DNA from: TPA_inf: Saccharomyces
Lineage: Eukaryota
NCBI GenBank assembly: GCA_000146045.2
Contig: BK006945.2
Location: forward strand, 960,001 to 1,024,000
Reading direction: 5' to 3'
DNA: 64,000 bases
Shown here in pieces: positions 20,119 through 30,776 of the stretch. The number at the start of each line of letters is the position of its first letter. The stretch's first letter is position 1. A program made the translations under genes and the position numbers. A model generated the notes under the pieces. It ran no database searches. It worked only from the letters and a program-made list of their open reading frames with translations, and was not told where the DNA came from.

Positions 20119-21409
20119 GACTAAGTTCGTTGTCATCGCTTAAGTATTGTGATGAAACGGTTGATTCATTAATGTGATCATTGTTCACCCTTGAGAATTT
20201 ACTGGATGTAGCAATATTGTGAGCTTTTGCTGCTCTTGGTTTTGAACTATTTGTTCTATGATAATTACGAGTTGTAACCTTCGTGTTAGTCGTGTTTGGA
20301 GATGTGCGAGAAACATTTTTGTATTCGCTGTGTTGTTTGTATTGGGACGGTTTATTTAGATTCATGATTTTATTTTCGTCATATATTAATTGAATTTCAG
20401 CGAATAATTGGGAAAGTTTCATGTTCGTTTTGGTACGATATTGATTACGTAGGTATTTGAAATCACCGGATAGACCTTTAAGTATTAGTTGACAGGCCAA
20501 TCTGTCGCTAACATTGATATTGTTTTCTTTTAGCCTTTGAATGATCGTGCTGACTGTAATTTCAAATGTATCAGCAGATGTACTTCCGTTGTACTCAAGG
20601 TTGGCAAGAGCTATCCAATCTTTTAATTCTTGATTGTTAGTTTGCATTTTGGACACACTTTTACAAAGGACAGTAAGGATGTCAGAATAATTAATTTCTA
20701 AAATTTGTTTTACCCATGTTGGCAATAAATGAAATGGGGCAAATGCTTGGAAGGTATTGTATATATACGCATGTTCTTCATAAGTCATTTGTCTTTTGAT
20801 TTCACCCTGGTCATTTGGAATAATGTCACCGAGATTAGAGTTCTTCAAAAATCTGATGTAAAATTTAACCCATGTAGAAAAGTTTTCTTCTGATGTTAAA
20901 GTGTGTGGTGGTAAGACATTATTTCTCACCTTTGTCTTAGCTTGAGGTACTTCAGAGTGTTGATCCTGTGAATCGATTGGATCAGGTGAGGAAGTACTCA
21001 GCGGTGGGATATACTGTGGCAGCGGATAGTGTGGGTCCGGTTGATAATACGCAGGTGACGTTTGATAATGTGAACACGTCATCATAGATGGTTGTTGGTA
21101 ATGTGCCCAGTTAGAAGCCATAGCTTTGTTTGGGGTCATCATGCCGTGCTGTTGGTACTGTCCATTCTGTGGAGGTGGTACTGAAGCAGGTTGAGGAGAG
21201 ACATGATGATGGTTCTCTGGAACAGCTGATGTCCCAGGTGTTGTCTCTTCTTGAGAATTAACCTTAGTGGAATCTCTATCAAATTCCGGTAAATTGGAAG
21301 CTGAAACGGCTAACGGATCTTGATTTGATGGGACTTCCTTAGAAGTAACCGAAGCATAGGCGCTACCATGTAGAGAATGTGGATTTTGATGTAATTGTTG
21401 GGATTCCAT
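20093..21409 (-). CDS. TYA: Ty2 TYA (Gag), 438 aa
   Basis: A 438-aa ORF of Ty2 type. Its C-terminal region overlaps the TYB frame. Confidence 0.9.
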   Translation of the reverse strand: MESQQLHQNPHSLHGSAYASVTSKEVPSNQDPLAVSASNLPEFDRDSTKVNSQEETTPGTSAVPENHHHVSPQPASVPPPQNGQYQQHGMMTPNKAMASNWAHYQQPSMMTCSHYQTSPAYYQPDPHYPLPQYIPPLSTSSPDPIDSQDQHSEVPQAKTKVRNNVLPPHTLTSEENFSTWVKFYIRFLKNSNLGDIIPNDQGEIKRQMTYEEHAYIYNTFQAFAPFHLLPTWVKQILEINYSDILTVLCKSVSKMQTNNQELKDWIALANLEYNGSTSADTFEITVSTIIQRLKENNINVSDRLACQLILKGLSGDFKYLRNQYRTKTNMKLSQLFAEIQLIYDENKIMNLNKPSQYKQHSEYKNVSRTSPNTTNTKVTTRNYHRTNSSKPRAAKAHNIATSSKFSRVNNDHINESTVSSQYLSDDNELSLRPATERI

Positions 21410-21700
21410 TGTGATTAAGGCTATAATATTAGGTATGTAGATATACTAGAAGTTCTCCTCAAGGATTTAGGAATCCATAAAAGGGAATCTGCAATTCTAC
21501 ACAATTCTATAAATATTATTATCATCGTTTTATATGTTAATATTCATTGATCCTATTACATTATCAATCCTTGCGTTTCAGCTTCCACTAATTTAGATGA
21601 CTATTTCTCATCATTTGCGTCATCTTCTAACACCGTATATGATAATATACTAGTAACGTAAATACTAGTTAGTAGATGATAGTTGATTTTTATTCCAACA
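21368..21700 (-). repeat. Ty2 5' LTR (delta). TYA initiates inside it
   Basis: It matches the 3' LTR at all but 3 positions. The internal junction reads ...TCTCTACA|TGGTAGCGCC on the minus strand. Confidence 0.9.
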
Positions 21701-22893
21701 GGTTCACACGAAGATTGAAAGTGTGGCCACGCTAATTTAGTTTATTAGGGAAATGCTCCTGGTCAGTTCTAATTCACCCAACGTAGCGCGGAATATTTTA
21801 AAGTTAATATAGTATTTCGATATGACAAGCACCTCTAAACAAAAGGTTATTTTCGCTTTTGTTCATTGAGCGTGTACTTCAAGCCTGATCCTGCTTTTTC
21901 TTCTGATTTGATCTGATTCGATTAAGCAAGCGGTACTACCCTAAAACCGCCATCTGTTGTAATATAGTAACGTCGCAATAAACCTGTCATATAATTAGCA
22001 GCTAATCCTTATATTCCATCTCCTCAATTTGTGATATTTATCGTATATAATTCCCATTTCAGACCGTCATTTAGTAGTAGGCATCTAACTATGGAACGGC
22101 TTTACCCGATCTTGGTATGTATGCCATAATGTACTACCGCTATCGATTTACCTTAACCCTAACGAGTGTCTCTAGCCAGTATTTTAAACTTCCATATCAC
22201 AACTAATGTTGAAGATTGTATAATAAAAACATCAAGCTATTTAATAGATGCGATTAATCTCCTAATCGAAAACAGTTTGTTCGGTGTCCAAATACTGTTT
22301 TAGTGGACTATGATAAACGTTATAACAGCTATTTTGACTAAAACAACCGTAAATTTACACAGATAGGTGTTCACAGTAATTTTTTGGGGAGTTAGGTCGA
22401 AATCTTTTCCAAAACCAGTCATGCAAAGGAAATGCGTCAACTTTTGGGGACTTTTCCCCTACTCAAACACAGTTAGTCAACATTTAAAGGTTGTGTCTTT
22501 ACTTAAGAGAAAATTAACTGAGCTTCGGTCATACATACGTAATTTCGCTGCTTCCAGTCGAGCAGTTGGTGCGCTATAATCATTTGATGTTTTTAGCTTA
22601 CGGCTTCTTAAGATTTTCTATTGTTCATACTGACTCGTCGCATAGGCCGCAATATAAATCATTTAGAGAAAACGTTAACACATCGTTTAGGTAAACAACC
22701 CCTAGAGAGGATGATCAGTACGCAATATAACTGTTCAAAATCCATTTCTTGCATCAATATTTTATTCAACTATTATTTCTGGAGGTTTTAGTGGTTCTGT
22801 ATACCCCCTCCAGCCACTGTTATGAACAATTAATTGATACTACTTCGAATATAAACATTAAAACAAAAAACTTATTGAGTGCAGCAAGTTAAC

Positions 22894-25800
22894 ATGTATC
22901 GATATAATAGAAGTTCCCCTTTTGAACGAACACCAGAAAAACGAGTAAGCCGTCAAGAAAGCCAACGAAAGAGCATCGAATTGCCCAAACTGCCACCATT
23001 GAATACGAGGAACTCCTTTTTGGATGATTCTGATAACGGAACAGATAATATCTCAATTGGCTGGACACCAATCAGTGACACCCAGCAATTCCAAAGCCCG
23101 GTCCCTCAGGCTTTTACCTTTACATCAAAACATAGTGCAAGGGGAAACGGTACTAGCTCTTCAGAATCCACACCCAAATCGACAAAGTACGTCAAAGAAA
23201 GACGACCACCACCACCGCCACCCCTTTTGTATTCCACTGAATCAATACGGATAGACTCACCCATGGTATCTCCCAGTTCTCAGTCCCGGGAAAGATCACC
23301 TAATAAACTATCCTTTATAGGAAACTCAGAGGAACGACATCACATGGAATACATATCTAACCATTCCAGGATCTTAAAATCACCATTTGCGAACGGATTT
23401 AGTCCAAATTCCCCTAAATCTCCAAGAGATAGTAGCAAACAGCAGGCTCACTTCTCTGATGAATCAGATCTACGGTGTCATGAAAGAGAAAAAGCTTTAC
23501 CCCCAATTCCTTTCACTACTACTCTTCTGCTATCTCCTTTTGATGATGAAGACTCAGAATTTTTTACGAAACCACCACCGCCTCTATCAACATCTAGAAA
23601 CGTAAGTGGGAATAGCCGAGTATCAGAAGCCCTAGAAAGTGTTTATTCTGACTCAGATTATACTTTTAATAACTCAAATGCCAGGCAAAGTAGTTTTAAC
23701 TCTTTACTAGGAGCCAAGCCATTAGAATTAGCACCAAGCATTACTGCACCGACACAACCATTTTCAATTCAATCTATCGATGAGCACAAGCTTTATCAAT
23801 GTGATAATGTTTACAAACTTTCTGCTATTTATGAGTGGATTTTGAAAGTTTATTTTGAATGGTTTAATGAATGTGTCTTCACGAAAATCGATCTTTTCCA
23901 AATTGTTCAATTACTTTTAGAGTTTCAAATGCCTACAAATTTCGATCAAGATACGATAGACTCAAATGTGGATAATATTATGGCTTCGTTTATTTCCCAG
24001 AAAGCAGTAAGATTCGATATCATTAACGATGAAGAGGTAGCCGTAGTTGTGGGAGGGCTGGATATTACTGGTGTTTTCACCGAACTACTACCGTGCTATT
24101 CATTCATCGATAATACTTATGGATCTACAAACTCCCTGATTTGTTATTCCAACGTTTGCACACATGGCCAAAGCTCTGGCTTCAGAAAAGAAATAAAACT
24201 TTCCGAAATCATAAATAAATCAGTTGGACTTTGGACAGAATACTGGCACTTGACTCCAGATGATTTAGCAGAAATTAATCCCCGTGAAGTACAAAGACAA
24301 AGCTTTATATTTGACTTAATTATTTTAGAAGAAAGATCCTTAAACATGGCTACTGCCGCGGTAGAAATCTATGGGAAACGGTTTGACAAATCCCTACTTC
24401 CAGATGAGCCTGAGTTCAAGGCATTGGCATTTGATATCTTCGAACCTCTAATACAATTACATACCGAATTTCTTTTGACGCCAATATTTTGGAAATTAAA
24501 AACGAGAGGTAAGTTTATTGATGGCGTTGGAAAAATCTATTCAAAATGGTGTGGTGAAGCCAAGAATATATATTTGAATTACGCGAAAGCTATGGCAACG
24601 GTACACGAAATCATAATGTGGGAGAAGAAAAACAAGACGAAATTTGTAACATGGCTTAAGGAGATTGATAACTCGGTTGAAATTACAAGATCGAAGATGT
24701 ATCATGATGTTATATTCTTTGGGGGGTTTTTCAAATCTTTACAAAACATGCCCGTAACTCTGCGCTCAATTTTGAAGAACACGGATCCTTCCATGGAGGA
24801 TTATGAATACCTGAAAATAGTAATTAAGGAAGTAGAAAAGTTGAACTTTGAAGTTAATCAGGTACATGGATTAGCAATTGACCATAGGAAACTAGTAAGG
24901 TTTTCGAAACAATTAGTATTAAGTACTAATAGTAGTAATGCAACAAGCTATGTGAACGTCGGTGGTAGTACTAACGCAAATGACGATGATGCAATTCAGG
25001 ATAAACTAGCTCTTGGTTTAACTTATCCGGAAAGGAAGTTAGTACTATCTGGCACTGTTTATAAAAAGAGGGATTTATGGCTGGACCCAACCCCAGTGTA
25101 TATCGCATTATTGGACAATTGCTTACTGATTACAGAGGAAATAAGTAAAGGAGAAACTCAAAAATATAAGCTTATTGAAAGACCTATCCCAATAGATTAT
25201 TTAAGTCTCGAGAAAAGGAAAATTCCAGGAACAAGTAAACAGCCTCTGAGAAACTACTCTCAGAAAGAACATAAATCCCCAATGCATAATTTTTCGACAC
25301 CGATTAACTCCATGAGACCTCTGCTTAAAAGTTCTGGAAATCACATGTCAACAGCGTATGGAGATAGAAAGACTAGTAATACTGAAATTTCTAACGCGAA
25401 TCCAAACACAGACGAGTTCTCATTTAAGATCAGAAATACAGCCACAGGTGAATCGTTCAAATTTTTTACAGAAAGTGCAGAAGTACTCAACCAATGGATT
25501 GATGCTATCATGGAATCTTTTAAAAGAAATGCAGAAAATCATGATTTAAATGCCTTTGAATTTACAGTGTTGAGCTCTGAGTTCGCATACTTCGACAAGG
25601 ATGCACCGGTGAATCTACCTGTAGCTCCGGAAGGATCAGAAATTGATGTAGCACTCAAAGCTTACGCTCAAAAAGCAAACAAAGATTCATGTTCATGGAG
25701 TAAGACAACACGGATTCTTTGTTGTGAAGATGTTAAATTCGAGGGCAGAATTTACCTATTTGTGGCTACAACAGACGGTATCTATGTGAAATATAGAGAC

Positions 25801-26817
25801 GATTATGGTAGTGGTTTCGTTAAAATATTAGAATTAAACGACGTCAAAAGAATGGAAGCCAATGTTAAGTTGGGGCTCTTGTTTGTATTGGATAACAGAA
25901 AGTTGTGCTATTTTAATATCTCAACGGTAGTGAGCCGTTACCTAGCGCAAGGAAACACTCTAGATGAAAACTGCATTGTGGGAACAGTAATCAGAGATAA
26001 GGTGAGATTCTTCAAAATTGCTGATGATTTTGGTAACTCAAAACATTTATTTTTTGAAAGAAAGGGGAAGATAGTTATATTAACACCAGAATTTGATCAA
26101 TTGACAAACCAAGTAAAATATTTCAAATTTTACAAAGAGTATAAGCTCCCAAGTTCAAGTAATAACATTCTGAATAACGAAATTGAGGATATTGCCATAT
26201 TCAGGAAAAGTTTTGCTGTGTGTACAAAGAAAACAGTCATACTTTATCAAGATTCATTCGAGGATAACGGAATAGTCTTACCATCTTTTTTGAATGATAA
26301 AGATATGATGGCACACTTGAGGCATCCACATTTGAATAGCTTACCGTTCAAAAGTGCTACAGACTCCAAGAAACGCCCCTCCATAGAATCTCTCACTGAA
26401 GAAGCAAAAAAGGATATCGCCACTTGCAAAGCTATACCGGTCAATTTTTTTCAAATATCACAATCTAGTTTTTTTGCCTTGGTTTATGATGAAGCCGTAG
26501 TGAAAATAAACTGCTACGGTGAGATGTCTGATTGGAGAAAGGATATTCTCTTACTTGATTTTTGTTGTACCGGCGCGAGCTTCCATGGTAATCATTTGAT
26601 TCTCGTTGGCGACAATTTGATACAGATTTACGACTTAAAAAATGTTGAGCAGAACCTAGGCGAATTGGTTCCCGTCCAGATCATAAAAGGAAAGAAGATA
26701 AAGCTGGCTAGTTCAGAAAGGAGAGAGAAAACAATTCTTGTGTTAAGTCATCCAAATATACTTAATAGACAATTATTAGTCGCGTGCAATCCTGTAGCAA
26801 TGGCAGATCATCAATAA
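22894..26817 (+). CDS. TUS1: Rho1 guanine-nucleotide exchange factor (DH-PH-CNH), about 1307 aa
   Basis: The 1312-aa ORF starts MQQVNMYRYNRSS. The size and sequence match Tus1 (YLR425W). The second Met at 22894 gives the annotated 1307-aa length. Confidence 0.8.
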   Translation: MYRYNRSSPFERTPEKRVSRQESQRKSIELPKLPPLNTRNSFLDDSDNGTDNISIGWTPISDTQQFQSPVPQAFTFTSKHSARGNGTSSSESTPKSTKYVKERRPPPPPPLLYSTESIRIDSPMVSPSSQSRERSPNKLSFIGNSEERHHMEYISNHSRILKSPFANGFSPNSPKSPRDSSKQQAHFSDESDLRCHEREKALPPIPFTTTLLLSPFDDEDSEFFTKPPPPLSTSRNVSGNSRVSEALESVYSDSDYTFNNSNARQSSFNSLLGAKPLELAPSITAPTQPFSIQSIDEHKLYQCDNVYKLSAIYEWILKVYFEWFNECVFTKIDLFQIVQLLLEFQMPTNFDQDTIDSNVDNIMASFISQKAVRFDIINDEEVAVVVGGLDITGVFTELLPCYSFIDNTYGSTNSLICYSNVCTHGQSSGFRKEIKLSEIINKSVGLWTEYWHLTPDDLAEINPREVQRQSFIFDLIILEERSLNMATAAVEIYGKRFDKSLLPDEPEFKALAFDIFEPLIQLHTEFLLTPIFWKLKTRGKFIDGVGKIYSKWCGEAKNIYLNYAKAMATVHEIIMWEKKNKTKFVTWLKEIDNSVEITRSKMYHDVIFFGGFFKSLQNMPVTLRSILKNTDPSMEDYEYLKIVIKEVEKLNFEVNQVHGLAIDHRKLVRFSKQLVLSTNSSNATSYVNVGGSTNANDDDAIQDKLALGLTYPERKLVLSGTVYKKRDLWLDPTPVYIALLDNCLLITEEISKGETQKYKLIERPIPIDYLSLEKRKIPGTSKQPLRNYSQKEHKSPMHNFSTPINSMRPLLKSSGNHMSTAYGDRKTSNTEISNANPNTDEFSFKIRNTATGESFKFFTESAEVLNQWIDAIMESFKRNAENHDLNAFEFTVLSSEFAYFDKDAPVNLPVAPEGSEIDVALKAYAQKANKDSCSWSKTTRILCCEDVKFEGRIYLFVATTDGIYVKYRDDYGSGFVKILELNDVKRMEANVKLGLLFVLDNRKLCYFNISTVVSRYLAQGNTLDENCIVGTVIRDKVRFFKIADDFGNSKHLFFERKGKIVILTPEFDQLTNQVKYFKFYKEYKLPSSSNNILNNEIEDIAIFRKSFAVCTKKTVILYQDSFEDNGIVLPSFLNDKDMMAHLRHPHLNSLPFKSATDSKKRPSIESLTEEAKKDIATCKAIPVNFFQISQSSFFALVYDEAVVKINCYGEMSDWRKDILLLDFCCTGASFHGNHLILVGDNLIQIYDLKNVEQNLGELVPVQIIKGKKIKLASSERREKTILVLSHPNILNRQLLVACNPVAMADHQ

Positions 26818-27061
26818 TATAAGATATAGACACTTTTAATGGTAAATATCGTTGTAATAATATAAGCCAACAAGAATATAGTCCAGTAATTATGCTATTT
26901 GCAGTAACTCACATCATTATTCTCTCTGTTCATATAATCCTGAATAACAGGTTACCCTCGGAAGTGCATTTAGCCGTATAACAAGTAGCTCTTTAAAATC
27001 AGTAGAACAGATACATTAATATGTGATAATACGGCTGTGAGGAAAAGGTGAAGTTCTGGTG

Positions 27062-28113
27062 ATGAATATAGACTGTTTGTGTCGTTGGGTAGTTCTGCCA
27101 CTGCTGCGCTATCCACTTCTGGTAGCTCTTGTATTGAGATGGTATGTAAAGTAGAAAATAGGCATGAGGTTAGAAACAGCGTTTTTTATACTAACATGAC
27201 GAACTAACCTAGGTCTCTAAGCGACTCGATAAGCATTTGTCTAACAATCTATACACTACTGATAAATGCATTCCTCATTGCTAATTCCTATATAAAGCGG
27301 TCGGGACAGGTCGCCTGGAAGAGCCTTCGTGAATTTAAGAATGGCATAGTTCTTATTACTGGAGGAAGTAAAGGACTTGGACGGGCCATAGTATCTCAAC
27401 TCCTACAAGACTACAGCAACCTGACCATCTTGAATGTCGACATATGCCCATCATCAGTGAGGAATACTCGCGTGAAGGATCTCATCTGCGACCTGAGTGA
27501 TGATGAAGAAGTTGCAGCACTACTGAATTTGTTGAAAAGAAAGTATAAAAATGAAATCCGATTGATTGTGAACAATGCTGGAGTAAGGGCCAACTTCACC
27601 GGATTCAACGGCATGGAACGGGATAATCTTGATAAGATTTTTAAGATAAACACATTTGCACCACTTCAGTTCATTCAAGAACTGGCCCCTAGTAGACACT
27701 CAACTAGACAGTGTTATATTGTCAATATCGCAAGCATTTTGGGCATATTGACGCCGGCCAAAGTAGCAGCTTATGCGGCGAGCAAAGCAGCATTGATAGC
27801 CTTTCATCAGTCGTACAGTTTTGAATTGCAAAACGAAGGCGTAAGAAATATCAGAACACTATTAGTGACCCCAGGGCAACTGAATACGGAAATGTTTGCA
27901 GGATTCAAGCCTCCTCGCCAGTTCTTTGCCCCTGTAATAGACATTACTACTCTAGCTGCCAAGATAGTCCGTTATTGTGAGCTGGGTCAGAGGGGACAGC
28001 TAAATGAACCCTTTTATTGTAGTTTTGCTCATCTTTTGATGTGCGTACCTTATTCGCTACAACGCATTGTAAGAAGCTTCTCTCGCATAGATTGCTGCCT
28101 CCCGGACGAGTAG
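27062..28113 (+). CDS. TDA5: Short-chain dehydrogenase/reductase-family membrane protein, 326 aa. Spliced: exon 1 at 27062-27141 (80 nt), intron at 27142-27212 (71 nt), exon 2 at 27213-28113
   Basis: Exon 2 (frame 1) carries a TM helix (LTIYTLLINAFLIANSYI) and the Rossmann motif VLITGGSKGLGRA. The intron signals are GTATGT at 27142, TACTAAC at 27189 and AG at 27211-27212. Exon 1 is ATG(27062)...AGAT, and its last two bases plus G at 27213 make a TGG codon that keeps the frame. The spliced length is 981 nt, i.e. 326 aa plus stop, matching YLR426W. Confidence 0.8.
27142..27212 (+). other. Spliceosomal intron of TDA5 (71 nt)
   Basis: It has canonical yeast signals GTATGT ... TACTAAC ... YAG, and frame continuity is restored only when it is removed. 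Confidence 0.8.
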
Positions 28114-28427
28114 AAAGCTATACATAGTAAATAGAATATTTATAGATGAATCCGAGTAGACAGCCTTGGTGTTTGCTTATACATTCTTTGCAATTATGCA
28201 CGCCCTCATTACCGTTGCTCATATTTTTGGGCATTAATTGTATTTTGAAAAGTGCTCGTTCAGGCCCGTGTAAAAAAAGGTGATGAAGCAAACATTATAA
28301 TAAACACTTCTGAGAAGCCACGTGTAGAGGGGTAAGCTATATCGTAAACACCGTTGGATGTGGACCACGGTGCACTGATAAAATAAAGATATAGTAGTAG
28401 AATCTGTTACTAATCTTAACACTTTTG

Positions 28428-30440
28428 ATGGTAGAACCGGACATGCAGAAGAAGGCAAGTGGTGGCAGTGGCGGTTCCGAGATGGATACTTTAAATGCTA
28501 CCAGCAACAGTAGTAAACAAGGAGTTTCAAATAATAAAAGGAATCCGGTCAGTAAAAAGAAACCAGGGAATAAGGTCTCTGATGGAAGAGATAATGCACA
28601 TAATTATCACGGGGAAGGCCGCAGAAAAAGTAGCAAACAACAGAGGTCAAGAACGCCCTATAAGGAGACTAGTACTAGGATCAATGATCAAGATATAGAT
28701 TTATCTATCCAGGAAGAAATTCTTGGTGGTAATTTCAAATTACGAGGCAGGAAAACTCAAGTTTCCATTAATCATTTGTTGAATTTCCAGTTACCTGAAG
28801 TCGAAAGGGAAAAAAGTAGGTCCTCTTCAAGTAAGAAATCGAATAGGAGACGCGATGAGCACGTACATTTACACGGTGACACATTTGTTAATGTTAATTA
28901 CCGTCTTTTGGTAGATGATCGTTTTGACTACCCAGAGCAAAACTGTAACCCGAACGTTCCTGTCGATCAAGAAAAGATTCTAAGAGTCATAGTGCCAAAG
29001 GGTCAGAATTGTTCTATTTGTCTGAGCGAGGAACCGGTGGCTCCCAGAATGGTTACTTGTGGCCATATTTTCTGTCTAAGTTGTCTCTTGAACTTTTTCT
29101 CCATTGAAGAAACCGTCAAAAATAAAGAGACTGGGTACTCAAAGAAGAAGAAATATAAAGAATGCCCGCTTTGTGGAAGTATTATTGGCCCTAAAAGGGT
29201 CAAGCCTGTTCTGTATGAGGACGACTTTGATGTAACCAGGTTAAATCAAAAACCCGAACCTGGTGCCACAGTACATCTACAACTGATGTGTAAACCACAC
29301 GGTTCACTATTACCTTTGCCAGTAGCCTTACATTTAGACCCTCTAAAATGTGGAAATTTCCCTCCCGCAAACTTAGGATCAATAAAGCATTATGCGCATA
29401 TTATGAAGTGTGGCGTGTCTTACTCCTTGGAGCTCTATCAAAAGGACATTGTTGCTATTCAGGAACAATATGAAATCGACAAGGCCATTTATAATGATAG
29501 TGGAAAATTTGTTAAGCAGTCGATTGAAAATATCAATGATCAAATTTCGACGTTGCTGGCTGCAACCACTGATTTGAGCCCACTTTCCAACGATATTAAC
29601 AACGGTTTGGACAATTTTCATTTTGATGACGATCTCTTGACCAAATACGATGATTCTTCCGCTTATTTTTTCTACCAGACGTTGGTGGCATCGTCCACGA
29701 AATACTTCTTATCTCCACTGGATGTAAAAATCTTATTGACTATTTTCCACTATTATTCCAAGTTTCCAGAAAGCATCGAGACGACAGTCGAAAATATACA
29801 TTATGATACAGTGGTAACGGAGCAATTAATCCGCCGCTACAAGTACATCGGCCACCTTCCAATCGGCACTGAGATTGCCCTTTTAGACTTGGACTGGCGT
29901 AAAATACCATTCCTTCCCAAGGAAATTTACGAACAGTTTGCTCATGAGCTAAAACAACGTCGAAGAAAATTCACAATGAAAAAGCAAAAGGAAGATAAGG
30001 AAAAGAAACTATATGAAAAAAGGTTGGAACAAGAACATGCCGAGTTCTACAGAAAGGAAAATGGCAATTCTCTCAAGTTTGAAGACTCTGTACAGATGGC
30101 TACCCATTATGAATCCATTGTAAGCTCTTCCATACCTCTCAACTCCTTAGGAATTTCTATGCTGGGTCCACCGACAAATTCCTGCTCTACTCCTCAAAAG
30201 CAAGCGCCCTCCCACACGAAAAGAACAATTTGGGGGACATCAATTGCAGTGACGGAAGACGAAAAAGCATCAAAGGAGAACAAAGAATTTCAAGATATGT
30301 TATTGCAGCGAATAAGGCAGGAAGATAGTTCGGATGTCACAGATTCGACGGATTCTCCTCCTACAAGTAATGGTAAGCGAGGCAGGAAGAAGAAAGGTAA
30401 AGTCATGCTATTCAGCAGCAATCATCAAGCCTTGGGTTAG
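28428..30440 (+). CDS. MAG2: Cytoplasmic RING-finger protein, about 670 aa
   Basis: A C3HC4 RING motif (CSICLSEEPVAPRMVTCGHIFCLSCLLNF...CPLC). The length and position match YLR427W. The ORF track starts one Met earlier, at 28425. Confidence 0.75.
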   Translation: MVEPDMQKKASGGSGGSEMDTLNATSNSSKQGVSNNKRNPVSKKKPGNKVSDGRDNAHNYHGEGRRKSSKQQRSRTPYKETSTRINDQDIDLSIQEEILGGNFKLRGRKTQVSINHLLNFQLPEVEREKSRSSSSKKSNRRRDEHVHLHGDTFVNVNYRLLVDDRFDYPEQNCNPNVPVDQEKILRVIVPKGQNCSICLSEEPVAPRMVTCGHIFCLSCLLNFFSIEETVKNKETGYSKKKKYKECPLCGSIIGPKRVKPVLYEDDFDVTRLNQKPEPGATVHLQLMCKPHGSLLPLPVALHLDPLKCGNFPPANLGSIKHYAHIMKCGVSYSLELYQKDIVAIQEQYEIDKAIYNDSGKFVKQSIENINDQISTLLAATTDLSPLSNDINNGLDNFHFDDDLLTKYDDSSAYFFYQTLVASSTKYFLSPLDVKILLTIFHYYSKFPESIETTVENIHYDTVVTEQLIRRYKYIGHLPIGTEIALLDLDWRKIPFLPKEIYEQFAHELKQRRRKFTMKKQKEDKEKKLYEKRLEQEHAEFYRKENGNSLKFEDSVQMATHYESIVSSSIPLNSLGISMLGPPTNSCSTPQKQAPSHTKRTIWGTSIAVTEDEKASKENKEFQDMLLQRIRQEDSSDVTDSTDSPPTSNGKRGRKKKGKVMLFSSNHQALG

Positions 30441-30776
30441 GTTACAGCATGTTCTGCTTAAAAATCTCTTTCCAAGCCAGAAATGTGGGAGGACCTATTC
30501 TATATCATTTCAAAATCGAACTCTATATCTTTATGTATAACTTCAAACGCTATTGCATATAAACAATTACTCATATATAGTCCAAATGCATTCATACCAT
30601 GTTATACTATTCAATTCTAGTGTCGTTGTGCGTGATTTTTCACTTTTGACCGTAAATAGAATTTCGGTGATATTATTTTAACTCTCGAAGAAAATAAAGT
30701 AGATTCATGTACACGTATATCAAAAGAGTACAGTGAAAAAGGGATAAAGGATACACTCCACTTAGAAGGGCGCAAG

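Larger units (their letters stand above)
16258..21700 (-). mobile_element. Ty2: Ty2 LTR retrotransposon (Ty1/copia group), 5443 bp, about 200 bp upstream of tRNA-Asn. It is complete except for an in-frame deletion of the RNase H domain
   Basis: LTRs of 332 and 333 bp carry TGTTGGAATA...TCTCTACA termini. The polypurine tract TGGGTGGTA abuts the 3' LTR at 16590-16598. Ty2-type Gag reads [38 protein letters not shown]. The +1 frameshift heptamer CTTAGGC is on the minus strand at 20112-20118. Pol carries protease DSGAS, integrase HHCC/DD35E and RT FVDDM motifs. The overall length is about 510 bp short of the canonical ~5.96 kb. Confidence 0.9.

Noticed and set aside
22100-22180. Possible intron-like GTATGT after a short ATG-initiated ORF (ATGGAACGGCTTTACCCGATCTTG|GTATGT) in the TUS1 upstream region
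   Set aside because: No TACTAAC branchpoint and no downstream coding frame follow. It is an isolated hexamer match.
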